Origin: Pseudomonadota bacterium
GTDB lineage: Bacteria; Pseudomonadota; Gammaproteobacteria; Burkholderiales; Thiobacteraceae
Direction: 5' to 3'
Length of the DNA: 64,000 bases
Assembly (NCBI GenBank): GCA_038042985.1
Contig: JBBTCZ010000042.1
Coordinates: 6,856 to 70,855 of the forward strand
Part shown: one piece after another, positions 19,501 through 28,548 of the stretch
Numbering within the stretch: position 1 is the stretch's first letter
How the letters are laid out: each line of letters starts with the position of its first letter
Notes under the pieces: model-generated
What the model was told of the DNA's origin: nothing
What the model saw: the letters and a program-made list of their open reading frames with translations, nothing else
Databases searched by the model: none
Position numbers and translations under genes: made by a program

Positions 19501-19862
19501 CTGGTAAAGCCATCTATATAGGCATTCGGCCAGGCTGGAACGGGGAGAGTATTACCGTTTGCATCCACCGGTACTGGATAGGTGTAGTTCGGATTGTAGT
19601 AGACGCGGTTATAAGAGCTGGAACGATACGAGCGCTTACTACAATAGTTCCACACTTCGTCCGGCATTTCCTGCCAAGCCATGCTGCCGGAATTGTCTAA
19701 GGTAAACATGATATTGGGTTTGACGCGGTATTTTACCGCCATCGGTGAATCAGCAATGTCGGTGGCAGCGGCGTGGACGGGTTGCACGAGTTGAGCGGAG
19801 ACCAAAAAAATTATCAGTAGTCGGCCAGCGAGCGATTTAAAAGTCGAATTTAGGATAGTCAT
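16539..19862 (-). CDS. pilY1: Type IV pilus tip-associated adhesin / assembly protein PilY1
   Basis: 1107 aa with a signal peptide. N-terminal segment MFTLDNSGSM (vWA-like), large C-terminal beta-propeller-like region, and position after pilX. Confidence 0.85.
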   Translation of the reverse strand: MTILNSTFKSLAGRLLIIFLVSAQLVQPVHAAATDIADSPMAVKYRVKPNIMFTLDNSGSMAWQEMPDEVWNYCSKRSYRSSSYNRVYYNPNYTYPVPVDANGNTLPVPAWPNAYIDGFTSTSTRNISTSFRADEYGCNAAVAANYCTYNAGATTILTSPTDNAIVNNDANFTCINLPTAQQTNFIIWHSYYRTRMLAMKSALSLSFSTLNDQYRVGFYTINDNSGSTNTSGANFLNTADFTTGQKATWFTRLFAVTPNGGTPVPESLRRVGEYYRTGTLPGASGSIDPIQQSCQPNYHIVSTDGYWNVAVSTTVGNHDQTVPTLPATISLDPISGTALTPASAWPRPFYEGTTASSNNLADIAMYYWATDLRTLTNNVLANSSDPATWQHVSTFTIGMGVDGTLAFNATTLANLKSGTTNWPVPTAGTASTIDDLWHAAINGHGQYFSGKDPSTLKDGLTAALNDIVGREGAAAAVTVSNNNVTANDNSSYSSSFHGGNWTGDLQAYPINLTTGIPDTNAPLWTTSAQAQLDALTWTNRKIGSFSGSAGIPFTWASLSTGQKATLHTPPSGTDGATVLNFLRGDRSLEGTTYRTRSHVLGDIINAESVYVAAPIYSYADSGYSAYKTANASRAKMVYQAANDGMLHAFSAGAGGGAEQWAYVPGLLFDSKLPSNATTSKLVNLSAKSGFVHYYYVDGTPIVGDLDFSNTAGVTGNPPADWHTILVGGLGKGGRGYYALDVTNPSALSDTDVANKVLWEFPNSSTNAIVRNNIGLSYASPILVKTTAKGWVILVTSGYNNGSDTSGDGQGHLFVLDAKTGDLLKDIPTGVGSSATPSGLAHISGYVATSNLDNTVEYVYGGDLEGNLWRFDLTGTNSNAWGVAKLATLVDGAVTSQPITTAPELGIVNGKRLVFVGTGQYLGNSDVPGTGANIHAAQTQSYYGLVDDLTSSPLISPLRTSLQQQTLTTSGLFRTASSNTVNYNTQKGWYVDLPDSGERAVTNAALALGALIFTSNIPNIDPCTPGGSSWLYFLDYKTGGFLTGSTVSWTAKSLGNKLGSRPTIVKLPNGTVKTVIKQSDGSVDVTAAPLPTNSGGVNRVSWREIITE

Positions 19863-19930
19863 GGTCTTTTTCCTTTACCTTTCGTCAAGCGAAGTAACCG
19901 AATATCAAGCGCCCACTTGTGAAGCAACTG

Positions 19931-20575
19931 TTATAAGCCGAGGGTGCCTTGGATAATGCTTGTTGCGTTTCTGGGGCCTTGCACCCTCACCGTGGCCCGG
20001 TAATACACTTTAGTGCTGGTAGTAAATTGGGGAGCATTGTTTTTCTTACTGCCATCGTCCAGGGGATTTTTGGCAACGCAATTTTCAAGAATGTTGGTGA
20101 CAGGCAAGGTTCCGCCACACAAACGGTCAATGACGTATTGGATTCGATAGAGCGAGTTATCCCCGCAACTTACGACCGTACCTGCCGTGTCGCGGCAAGG
20201 AACCGTACCCCAATTGATAGTGGTGGGAAGACCCGTCGCATCGACTGGCTGCTCTAATGCGAAATACTGATTTGCAATATTCTGCTCTGCGCTGGCAAGG
20301 ACAATGCCGGGCAATGCGGCTGCGGCTATTTCTATCCCTGCATCGCCAGTTTGAACTGTCGCCTGCTTAAATGCGGCGTTGCCCGAGATGGATATTGAAG
20401 TATCCACTGACCGCACCAGTGCAATCGCAGCGAGCGACATTACCACCAACGCGATTAAAGTGAAAAACAGAATCACACCTTTTTGTCGCGTGCCCGAGCT
20501 TGAGCGTATTTTTGGCCAGGCCAAAATAAAGGGGGCTGGGTTTGGCGCAGGTCGATGTACTAGAGATTGGCCCAT
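19931..20575 (-). CDS. pilX: Type IV pilus minor pilin PilX
   Basis: 214 aa; hydrophobic N-terminus GVILFFTLIALVVMSLAAIALV followed by a PilX_N-like segment. Sits between pilW and pilY1. Confidence 0.7.
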   Translation of the reverse strand: MGQSLVHRPAPNPAPFILAWPKIRSSSGTRQKGVILFFTLIALVVMSLAAIALVRSVDTSISISGNAAFKQATVQTGDAGIEIAAAALPGIVLASAEQNIANQYFALEQPVDATGLPTTINWGTVPCRDTAGTVVSCGDNSLYRIQYVIDRLCGGTLPVTNILENCVAKNPLDDGSKKNNAPQFTTSTKVYYRATVRVQGPRNATSIIQGTLGL

Positions 20576-21714
20576 AGCACATTCCTTAAAGGGATAATGG
20601 TTTGGAAAGTTTTATAGCGATAGCACTGCCAGTTCGCATTGGCAGTGAGGTCGATCGCAGGCCCACCTGTCCAAGATTGGGGCGCATTGGCGGCTGTGGT
20701 TGCGGTGCATACGCCTGCAGTCTGTCTTTCGCTGAGTGCACTCCGCGCGACAACTGCAATGCGGATCGCTTTAATACGCAGAATGTTTGCGCTCGTCGGG
20801 TTGGCCCAATCACTTGCATCACAAGCGTTGCCTAAAGTTGCATTGACCCAGCAGTTGACTTGTTGGCTGCCGACCGGCGCAATCCCATATTGCGCCTGCA
20901 GGCTAACAATATCCCCCACTGTGGCTACAGGTGCTGCATCGGTTGGGAGCTGAGCCATCAACGCCAACGTAGGGCCGGAAGTGCCTACCGAATAAGTGCG
21001 CTGGGTGGTGCCCCCCCCTAAGCTGAATACTTGTGCACCAGCGTTATACGCTGGCCAACTGTTAGCATTTTGAAAATTAGCGGCGGGGTTGTAGCTGGGG
21101 GCATTCCCGGGGTTGTGTTGTATTTTATATGCGGCGGGCTGCACTTGCGTAATCTGCATGACCGTGCAATTGCCGCCTTGAGCGACGATGACTAGATCGT
21201 TTAATCGAAAACCGGCGGTAGATACGACATCCAGTTCTGCAGAGGGTTGGGGCATGTTCTTAGAAATCGCGGAGGATATGCCCGAGCGGACTGAGTTACC
21301 ATAGGTAAATGTGATGGTATCCGGAGCATTTCCACCATCTATGATGCGCACAGGCATTAGCGAAAGCAGACCGCCTACAAAATTTGGGGCGGGGGATGTT
21401 TGCGTGGTGCCATTGTCAAAGTAGCTAAATATATTTGCACATGAAAACAGATTAGAGTCGGCGATCCCTGCCCCGGCCATGCGTGCGTCTCTCTCAATGG
21501 ATAACGTTGCGAACATGCCATTTTCAGTTGCATCGGCACCACTGGTGGTGGTGCGCTTTTGACCCTCGAAAGCACTATACATTTGAAAAATAATGAGGGT
21601 GGCGGCCAAAGCAATCACCATCCCGACCATGGTTTCAATGATGCTGAATCCGCGTGAATGCGATGGTAAAAAGGGTAGGTAAGATTTTCTCATCATGCTG
21701 CTTTCGTCATCCAT
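20560..21714 (-). CDS. pilW: Type IV pilus minor pilin / assembly protein PilW
   Basis: 384 aa; prepilin leader ..SRG|FSIIETMVGM with Glu+5. Contains a G8 tract (C8 at 21011-21018 on the plus strand). Confidence 0.75.
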   Translation of the reverse strand: MDDESSMMRKSYLPFLPSHSRGFSIIETMVGMVIALAATLIIFQMYSAFEGQKRTTTSGADATENGMFATLSIERDARMAGAGIADSNLFSCANIFSYFDNGTTQTSPAPNFVGGLLSLMPVRIIDGGNAPDTITFTYGNSVRSGISSAISKNMPQPSAELDVVSTAGFRLNDLVIVAQGGNCTVMQITQVQPAAYKIQHNPGNAPSYNPAANFQNANSWPAYNAGAQVFSLGGGTTQRTYSVGTSGPTLALMAQLPTDAAPVATVGDIVSLQAQYGIAPVGSQQVNCWVNATLGNACDASDWANPTSANILRIKAIRIAVVARSALSERQTAGVCTATTAANAPQSWTGGPAIDLTANANWQCYRYKTFQTIIPLRNVLWANL

Positions 21715-22183
21715 TAATTTGCGTCGTTACTGTGTGGCTGTGATACGTCGCGTCTTGTGGCGAGCGCCAACAAACAGTTATCGTTACAAGATTATTCGCG
21801 CCCACGACGATCCGTTGCCGGTTTGCGGTGGCTTGGGGCAGCGTTGCCGCAACATCCGCTAACCAACTTACTAAATTGGCTGGCGCGCCTGGCGCAGCGG
21901 CGCCCGCTGCGCAAGTAGCCGCACCGGCGTTGAAGCCATATGCAGCAATATTATTCGTGCCCCCATTATTGCGATCCGTCCAAACATATCCAGACATCTG
22001 ATTCGCAAGAAAAGCCGCATCATTGCGAAATTTTGCATCTCGCGAGGTGTTAATCGTGGTTCCTTGTAATCCTGCAATGGCAAGTATCCCGAATGAAAAA
22101 ATGAGAATAGAGATGAGACCTTCCAGGAGAACGCTGCCTTGTTGGGAGGTCGCGGTGCGGCAAGGGTGGGTAACATGGCTCAT
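21707..22183 (-). CDS. pilV: Type IV pilus minor pilin PilV
   Basis: 158 aa; leader ..QQG|SVLLEGLISILIF with Glu+5. Confidence 0.75.
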   Translation of the reverse strand: MSHVTHPCRTATSQQGSVLLEGLISILIFSFGILAIAGLQGTTINTSRDAKFRNDAAFLANQMSGYVWTDRNNGGTNNIAAYGFNAGAATCAAGAAAPGAPANLVSWLADVAATLPQATANRQRIVVGANNLVTITVCWRSPQDATYHSHTVTTQING

Positions 22184-22201
22184 ATTTAATCTCTGAGGTA
22201 A

Positions 22202-22786
22202 CTAACAGCTTTGAACGTTTGCTGTCGGCAGATTGGGATCGCACATCCGAATTTGGCCGCCGGGCGTAACCACGACGTTTAGCGGGCGTGTACCGCCTGT
22301 ATTATTCGTGACATTGATAGTAATGTTGGCGCCTGGTGTGGGGGTAACTCTACCTAGCGAATTGAACGTTATGGTGGCTTGTGAGGCGGCGACAACCGCA
22401 TTTGGGGAACCATCCGCGCCAGACCGTCCCTGGATGAAATCAGTAGCGGTATAAACGCCACCCGTTTGAAAAGTGCGTACCATCCAGCTGGTGCCAGTCG
22501 TGGCCGGAGTGATAGTGTTCACATTGCCAACTATTGGCAGGTTATTAGTAAAAACAAATGAAGTGGGTGCGTTTCGACGTACAGCCTCAGCGCGCGCCAA
22601 GTTGAATCCATTTAGGATAGATTCTGCAGATGTTCTAATTTGGGTGTTCTGTATCCAAGTGCCAAAGCTAGGTACGCCCAGGCCTAATAGCAGTGCAACC
22701 AGGGTAATAGCGATCATCAGCTCTATCAGCGTGACCCCGCCGATTTTTTGCGCTGTTGCGGGCGATAATAGGTTGCTATAGCTCAT
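22202..22786 (-). CDS. Type IV minor pilin FimT/FimU (GspH-domain)
   Basis: The ATG at 22786 forms an ATGA overlap with the pilE-like stop. Leader ..IGG|[13 protein letters not shown], then SF.TWIQN..IRT.AE.....L.AR.EAV. Confidence 0.7.
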   Translation of the reverse strand: MSYSNLLSPATAQKIGGVTLIELMIAITLVALLLGLGVPSFGTWIQNTQIRTSAESILNGFNLARAEAVRRNAPTSFVFTNNLPIVGNVNTITPATTGTSWMVRTFQTGGVYTATDFIQGRSGADGSPNAVVAASQATITFNSLGRVTPTPGANITINVTNNTGGTRPLNVVVTPGGQIRMCDPNLPTANVQSC

Positions 22787-23214
22787 GGTTTTTTTGTTAA
22801 CCAACTATTGTTCGATGTGGCAGAGCCCCATACAGCGCCTGTAGCGGAGGTGCGTGTATTGGTCTCATTGATGGTGTAGCTAAAGCCTGCGACTAAGGTG
22901 CCGGCGACGCCAGTAGCAGTGCTAGTGAAAGTTTGACCAGTGGCGGCGCATGTATAGGTGAAGTTTGGCGTATTGGCTGACGCCGTCTGATTACAGCCAC
23001 CTGTGCCATTGGCATTCACAGAGTAAACACGGTTGTCTTGATACCACTGCTCCATCTGCACGCGGTGACTTGCAAGGTTGCCGGTGGCTTCGGTGATTTG
23101 GCCGCGCCGTACGTAATCGGTGTAGCTAGGCAGTGCGATGGCTGCCAAAATGCCTATGATCGCAACGGTGACCATCACTTCTATCAACGTAAAGCCCTTG
23201 TTATCTTGTCTCAT
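22783..23214 (-). CDS. pilE: Type IV pilin-like protein PilE (minor pilin)
   Basis: 143 aa; MRQDNKG|[30 protein letters not shown] is a classical type IVa prepilin N-terminus. Confidence 0.8.
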   Translation of the reverse strand: MRQDNKGFTLIEVMVTVAIIGILAAIALPSYTDYVRRGQITEATGNLASHRVQMEQWYQDNRVYSVNANGTGGCNQTASANTPNFTYTCAATGQTFTSTATGVAGTLVAGFSYTINETNTRTSATGAVWGSATSNNSWLTKKP

Positions 23215-23378
23215 GACAAATCCTTTATATATTGCTTCGGCTCTTAATGAATCGCTTCCAAATTCATTTGCAGATTCTTGACGCTGAAGTGTAGCAAGAC
23301 AAATGAATAAGTCTTGTGAAGTCCGACAAACGTTAGCGTTTGTTAGAATGAACGGTACAAGGGGTTGAGTAAGTTAAT

Positions 23379-24452
23379 TTGAAACAACATGTTTGCATTA
23401 TCGGCGGCGGCGTTATCGGCTGTGCCACGGCCCTGGCGCTAGCCACGGCGGGCTGCCATGTCACGCTCATTGAGCGCGGGGCTCTCGGCAGCGAATCCTC
23501 CTGGGCGGGTGCGGGTTTGTTGTCGCCGTTGCTGCCGTGGCATTACCGGGATGAGGTGACGCGGCTCACGGATTGGTCGCGTGCCCTTTACCCGGCCTGG
23601 ATCGACGATTTGCGCGCGGCGAGCGGCGTCGATCCGGAATATCGCGCCAGCGGCATGTTGGTGCTGCCGCCGTATGATCGGGCAGCGGCGCTGGCTTGGG
23701 CGAGTGCGGGCGGCGAGCCGGTGCAAGAACTTTCCGCGCGCGCGATGTTGCCGGATTTGGCGATTGATGATTCCGCGCTTTGGATGTGTCAGGTGGCGCA
23801 GGTGCGCAATCCACGTTTGTTGCAAGCGCTGCGACTAGCTTTGCTGCGACATGGCGTGCAAATTTTGGAGCAAACCGCGGTGACTGGTTGGCGCGCAACG
23901 CCCACCCGCATCGATGCCGTGACCACCGCGCAGGGCGCGATTGCGGCGGATGTATTCGTGCTGGCCGCCGGCGCCTGGAGCCGCGAGCTGCTGGGTGAGC
24001 AGGGTGCGGACATTCCGATCAAGCCGGTACGCGGGCAAATCGTGTTGTTTAAGGCCGAGCCGGGTCGCTTAAAGCAGGTGGTGTATCGCGATGGCTTGTA
24101 CATCATTCCGCGCGACGATGGCCATATATTGGTCGGCAGCACCTTGGAAGAGGTCGGTTTCGATAAAGGCGTGACGGAAGCGGCGCGCATCGATTTAAGC
24201 CTGCGCGCGGTTGAGTTGCTGCCCTTTCTTGCACAAACATCAATGGTCGGCCACTGGGCCGGGCTGCGCCCCGGTTCGCCGGACAATATCCCGATCATGG
24301 CGGGCCACCCCACGCTCGAAAATCTCTATCTGAGCAGCGGCCATTACCGTTATGGTGTCACCATGGCCCCGGCCAGCGCGCAGTTGATGGCGAATCTGAT
24401 TCTGGGCCGGCCCAATCCAATTGATGTCTCACCTTACCGCTGGCCCGCCTAA
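23379..24452 (+). CDS. FAD-dependent oxidoreductase, glycine oxidase (ThiO)-like / DAO family
   Basis: 357 aa with a TTG start. Rossmann motif IIGGGVIGCATA at the N-terminus. The ThiO assignment is tentative. Confidence 0.6.
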   Translation: MKQHVCIIGGGVIGCATALALATAGCHVTLIERGALGSESSWAGAGLLSPLLPWHYRDEVTRLTDWSRALYPAWIDDLRAASGVDPEYRASGMLVLPPYDRAAALAWASAGGEPVQELSARAMLPDLAIDDSALWMCQVAQVRNPRLLQALRLALLRHGVQILEQTAVTGWRATPTRIDAVTTAQGAIAADVFVLAAGAWSRELLGEQGADIPIKPVRGQIVLFKAEPGRLKQVVYRDGLYIIPRDDGHILVGSTLEEVGFDKGVTEAARIDLSLRAVELLPFLAQTSMVGHWAGLRPGSPDNIPIMAGHPTLENLYLSSGHYRYGVTMAPASAQLMANLILGRPNPIDVSPYRWPA

Positions 24453-24542
24453 AGTCTTGATTTCTTGTGGCGATAATCCTTATCATGGCTTTGTATGAAG
24501 GATTGATTAGACAAAGTCCAAACATTAGCTTAAGATTATCTT

Positions 24543-24965
24543 ATGGAAAAACAGCACTACACGCGCGACGACATGGCCGGCTTGCTACGCGAGCATGACA
24601 TCACTCCCACGCATCAACGGATTGAAATCGCCTATGCCTTGTTCAGCCGCCAAGAACATTTGTCGGCAGACCAGATCATGGCGATTGTGAATGATCGCCA
24701 CAGCGAGACCTCCAAGGCCACGGTGTACAACACGCTGAATTTATTCAAGCAGCACAAACTGGTGCGGGAAGTGATCGTCGATCCGAGCAAGGTGTTCTAC
24801 GATCCCAACACCGGTCCGCATCATCATTTTTATAATTTGCAAAGCGGCGAGTTGATCGACATTGACGCGCGCGACGTGCAAATCCAAGGTTTACCCGCTT
24901 TGCCTACCGGCATGGTCACCGAAGGGGTGGATGTGATTATTCGCATTCGCCCGCAACACGCTTAA
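24543..24965 (+). CDS. Fur-family transcriptional regulator, Irr-like
   Basis: 140 aa with a winged-helix core (T.QR...., ATVYNTL). It has no CxxC pairs. The HHH motif in FYDPNTGPHHHFYNL..GELIDI closely parallels the Bradyrhizobium Irr segment YFDTN..HHHYYLE...ELVDI. Confidence 0.65.
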   Translation: MEKQHYTRDDMAGLLREHDITPTHQRIEIAYALFSRQEHLSADQIMAIVNDRHSETSKATVYNTLNLFKQHKLVREVIVDPSKVFYDPNTGPHHHFYNLQSGELIDIDARDVQIQGLPALPTGMVTEGVDVIIRIRPQHA

Positions 24966-24969
24966 CGCG

Positions 24970-24998
24970 TTGCTGGGCGCCACCCAAACCACTATAAT
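24970..24998 (+). promoter_or_regulatory. Candidate sigma70 promoter for tRNA-Thr
   Basis: TTGCTG (24970-24975), 17-nt spacer, TATAAT (24993-24998), 10 nt upstream of the tRNA 5' end. Confidence 0.5.
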
Positions 24999-25008
24999 GC
25001 CCCGCTTT

Positions 25009-25084
25009 GCCGGTGTAGCTCAGTTGGTAGAGCAGCGCATTCGTAATGCGAAGGTCGGGAGTTCGACTCTTCTCACCGGCACCA
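25009..25084 (+). tRNA. tRNA-Thr (anticodon CGT)
   Basis: 76-nt cloverleaf folded by hand: acceptor GCCGGTG/CACCGGC, D-arm GCTC-AGTTGGTA-GAGC, anticodon loop TTCGTAA, T-loop TTCGACT, encoded CCA. Confidence 0.85.
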
Positions 25085-25093
25085 AATCCTAAG

Positions 25094-25126
25094 CGGCCTG
25101 CAGCAATGTAGGCCGTTTTGCTTTTG
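25094..25126 (+). terminator. Terminator-like hairpin after the tRNA
   Basis: CGGCCT (25094-25099) / AGGCCG (25110-25115) followed by TTTTGCTTTTG. Confidence 0.5.
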
Positions 25127-25171
25127 TGGATAGCGTGTTGCAGTATCTACATGAAAAAGCGTGAGGGGACG

Positions 25172-27304
25172 ATGCTCAAAAAAATAATTCGTTTGCTGAC
25201 CCGGTGGATACTTCCTGTTGAATTGCGCGGCGATACCGCCGAGTTGCGCGCCGAGCGTTTGCTTATCATCGCCAATCACCAATCGTTTCTCGATGGCTTG
25301 CTGTTGGGCTTGTACCTGCCGTTGAATCCGGTGTTCATCGTGAATACCGGCATTGCCAAGCATTGGGGTTTCCGCTTGATCTTGTCCCTGGTCGATCATC
25401 TGGCGGTCGATCCCAGTAACCCGATGGCGATGAAGCGCGTGGTGAAGCTGCTCGAATCCGGGCGGCCGGTGGTGATTTTTCCCGAGGGGCGGATCACGGT
25501 GACCGGCAGTTTGATGAAGGTGTACGAGGGCCCGGCCTTCGTCGCGGCGCGCACCGGCGCCACCATTGTGCCGGTGCGTTTGGAAGGCGCGACCCGCTCG
25601 TATTTCAGCCGCACTTCAGGCGATATTCCGAAACGATTATTTCCGCGCATCACGCTGACCGTGCTGCCCGCTACGCGCATTCCGATGCCGGATGCACCGA
25701 GCGCAAAATTGCGGCGCAGAAAAGCCGGCGATGCGATGCGCAAAATTATGCAAAACATGCTATTTGCTTCCGCACCGCAGCGCTCGCTGTTCGATGCGCT
25801 GGTCGATGCGGTACGCATCCACGGCCGCGCCACCCCCATCGTCGAAGACATGCGCCAGATCGAGGAAACCTACGGCGACATTCTGCGCGCCGCCTTGGCG
25901 CTGGGGCGCATCGGCAGCCGCTTAGGCGGTGAGGGCGAGCGCATCGGCGTGCTGCTGCCGAATCTCAGCGCCACCGTGAACCTGATTTTCGGTTTGAGCG
26001 CGTTTCAGCGCGTCCCGGCCATGCTGAATTACACGGCCGGCGCCGAGGGCATGCAAAACGCGTGCGCCGCCGCCGGGGTGAAGGTGGCGATCACTTCGCG
26101 CCAGTTTCTCGACACGGCAAAACTGAGCGAGACCGTCGCGGCGGTGCAAGGCGTGCGCTGGGTGTATTTAGAAGATTTGAAACCCAGCTTCGGTCTGCTG
26201 GATAAAGCGTGGCTGATGGGGTTCGCGCTATGGTTTCCGCGCTGGGCCGCGCATCGCGTCGATCCGGAAGCGACCGCGGTGGTGTTATTTACTTCCGGCT
26301 CAGAGGGCAAGCCGAAAGGCGTAGCGCTCTCGCACCGCGCGCTGCTTGCCAATGTCGCGCAAATTTGCGCCGTGATCGATTTTTCACCCAGCGATAAGTT
26401 CTTTTGCGCCCTGCCGATTTTCCACGCCTTTGGGCTCACCGCCGGTGCGATCCTGCCCTTAGTTACCGGCACTAAACTTTTTCTATATCCCTCGCCCTTG
26501 CATTACAAAGTGATTCCCGAGTTAATCTACGATCGCAATTGCACGGTGCTATTCAGCACCAGCACCTTTCTGGGCAACTATGCCAAATTCGCCAACCCCT
26601 ACGATTTTTACCGCTTGCGCTATGTGGTGGCGGGCGCGGAGAAATTGAACGATGAAGTGCGTAAAGCATGGTTCGATAAGTTCGGTATCCGCATCCTGGA
26701 AGGCTATGGCGCGACCGAGACCGCGCCGGTGCTGGCAGTCAACACGCCGATGGCGTATCAGGCGGGCAGCGTGGGCCAGTTGCTGCCTGGCATCGAGTCA
26801 CGGATTGAGCCCGTGAGCGGCATCGAAGGCGGCGGCATCCTGCATGTGCGCGGGCCGAATGTGATGTCCGGCTATTACCGCTTTGAGCAGCCAGGTGTGT
26901 TGATTCCACCCCAATCCGAAATTGGCGCGGGCTGGTACAACACCGGCGATGTGGTCGAAATCGATGCTGATGGTTTTGTGATTATCAAAGGGCGAGTCAA
27001 GCGCTTTGCCAAAATCGCGGGCGAGATGGTGTCGCTGGAAGTAGTGGAGCGCATCGCGACACTTGCCTCCCCAGCGCATCAGCACGCGGCATCCTGTCAA
27101 GCCGACCCACAGCGGGGCGAGAGCATCGTGTTGTTCACTACCGATACCGCGCTCAACCGCGAGCGCCTGCTGGAGGCGGCGCGCACCAACGGCAGCCCGG
27201 AGCTGGCGGTGCCGAAAAAAATCGTGGTGGTGGAAGCGCTGCCCATCCTCGGTACGGGCAAGACCGATTATGTAACGTTGAAAAAAATGGCGGAGACAGC
27301 ATGA
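25172..27304 (+). CDS. aas: Bifunctional 2-acylglycerophosphoethanolamine acyltransferase / acyl-ACP synthetase (Aas-like)
   Basis: ATG at 25172 with GAGGGG upstream. N-terminal PlsC-type domain (NHQSFLDG, FPEGRIT) and C-terminal AMP-binding domain (FTSGSEGKPKGV, GYG.TE, GD). Confidence 0.8.
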   Translation: MLKKIIRLLTRWILPVELRGDTAELRAERLLIIANHQSFLDGLLLGLYLPLNPVFIVNTGIAKHWGFRLILSLVDHLAVDPSNPMAMKRVVKLLESGRPVVIFPEGRITVTGSLMKVYEGPAFVAARTGATIVPVRLEGATRSYFSRTSGDIPKRLFPRITLTVLPATRIPMPDAPSAKLRRRKAGDAMRKIMQNMLFASAPQRSLFDALVDAVRIHGRATPIVEDMRQIEETYGDILRAALALGRIGSRLGGEGERIGVLLPNLSATVNLIFGLSAFQRVPAMLNYTAGAEGMQNACAAAGVKVAITSRQFLDTAKLSETVAAVQGVRWVYLEDLKPSFGLLDKAWLMGFALWFPRWAAHRVDPEATAVVLFTSGSEGKPKGVALSHRALLANVAQICAVIDFSPSDKFFCALPIFHAFGLTAGAILPLVTGTKLFLYPSPLHYKVIPELIYDRNCTVLFSTSTFLGNYAKFANPYDFYRLRYVVAGAEKLNDEVRKAWFDKFGIRILEGYGATETAPVLAVNTPMAYQAGSVGQLLPGIESRIEPVSGIEGGGILHVRGPNVMSGYYRFEQPGVLIPPQSEIGAGWYNTGDVVEIDADGFVIIKGRVKRFAKIAGEMVSLEVVERIATLASPAHQHAASCQADPQRGESIVLFTTDTALNRERLLEAARTNGSPELAVPKKIVVVEALPILGTGKTDYVTLKKMAETA

Positions 27305-28548
27305 ATCGCCGCAGATTTATTTTGATGGCGGGAACCGGTGTGGCCGCCGCCGCGATCTGGAATAAATGGCCGGAGCAAGGCTTCTTCAATGCATGCTTGG
27401 TGAACTTGCCCCCCGAAATCGCGCAGCATGATTTGGTGCGCGCGGCGTGGGATGGCATCGATGCAAAGCAGGTGTGGGATTGCCACGTGCATTTGGTCGG
27501 CGTGGGCGACCGTGATAGCGGCGCTTGGACCAACCCCAAGCTCGATTCGCTGTGGCATCCGATCCAACGTCTGCAAAAGCTGTTTTATTTGAATGCCGGT
27601 TGCGTGCATGAAGCGCCGGGGCGGCTCGACCAAAGTTATATCGAGCGTTTGCACAATCTGGTGGACGGTATGCGGCCCGGCGCCAAGCTCATGCTGCTCG
27701 CGTTCGACCGCAATGTGCGCACCGACGGCAAGCCGGATTGGGGGAGCTCGACCTTCTACACGCCGAACAGTTACGCGCGCGACATGGCGCGCCAGCATCC
27801 GCAATATTTCGAGTGGATTGCCTCGATCCATCCGTATCGCGTGGATGCGATCAAAGCCTTGGAACAAGCCGTGCAAGACGGCGCGCGCGCGGTGAAATGG
27901 CTGCCCAATGCGATGAATATCGACCCCGCTTCAGCGCGTTGCGATGCCTTTTATGCGCTGATGGCCAAGCACGATCTGCCGCTGTTGACCCACGCCGGCA
28001 AAGAGCGCGCGGTGTCTGGTGGCGAAGCGCAGGACTATGGCAACCCGCTGAAAATGCGCCGTGCGCTCGACCATGGGGTGCGCGTCATCATGGCGCACTG
28101 CGCATCCCTGGGGGATGACCGGGATTTAGATCAAGGTGCGCAGGGCCCGTCTGTGCCGAGTTTCGATCTGTTCGCGCGCTTGATGCGCGAGCCGCGCTAC
28201 GAGGGGCGATTGTTCGGCGATATCTCTGCGCTCACGCAATTCGACCGGGCGGAATATTTGAAACGCGTGTTGGCGACGCCGGCGTGGCATCACCGTTTGT
28301 TAAACGGATCGGATTATCCCTTGCCGGGCATTTTGCCGATTTATTCCGCGACCACTTTTGTGGAACTCGGGCTGTTGGAACAAGCCGCCGTGCCGGTGTT
28401 GAATGCCATCCAGCAACACAACCCGCTGCTGTTCGATTTCGTGTTGAAACGCAGCTTGCGGCTGAATGGCGCAGGTCTACCCGCGCGCATCTTTGAAACC
28501 CGATCCTTCTTCGAGCGATCCCGGCATGTCCTCTCCCCAGCCCCCTAA
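27301..28548 (+). CDS. Tat-exported amidohydrolase-family metal hydrolase
   Basis: ATGA overlap with the aas stop. Twin-arginine leader MNRRRFILMAGTGVAAAAIW. CHVHL (HxH) and AHCAS segments are typical of amidohydrolase_2-type TIM-barrel hydrolases. Confidence 0.65.
   Translation: MNRRRFILMAGTGVAAAAIWNKWPEQGFFNACLVNLPPEIAQHDLVRAAWDGIDAKQVWDCHVHLVGVGDRDSGAWTNPKLDSLWHPIQRLQKLFYLNAGCVHEAPGRLDQSYIERLHNLVDGMRPGAKLMLLAFDRNVRTDGKPDWGSSTFYTPNSYARDMARQHPQYFEWIASIHPYRVDAIKALEQAVQDGARAVKWLPNAMNIDPASARCDAFYALMAKHDLPLLTHAGKERAVSGGEAQDYGNPLKMRRALDHGVRVIMAHCASLGDDRDLDQGAQGPSVPSFDLFARLMREPRYEGRLFGDISALTQFDRAEYLKRVLATPAWHHRLLNGSDYPLPGILPIYSATTFVELGLLEQAAVPVLNAIQQHNPLLFDFVLKRSLRLNGAGLPARIFETRSFFERSRHVLSPAP

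Noticed and set aside
23215-23378. TPP riboswitch upstream of the ThiO-like gene, or a sigma54 promoter for the pilin operon
   Set aside because: No CUGAGA / ACCUGAUCUGGAUAAUGCCAGCG-like TPP core is present. No TGGCAC-N5-TTGC on the minus strand either.
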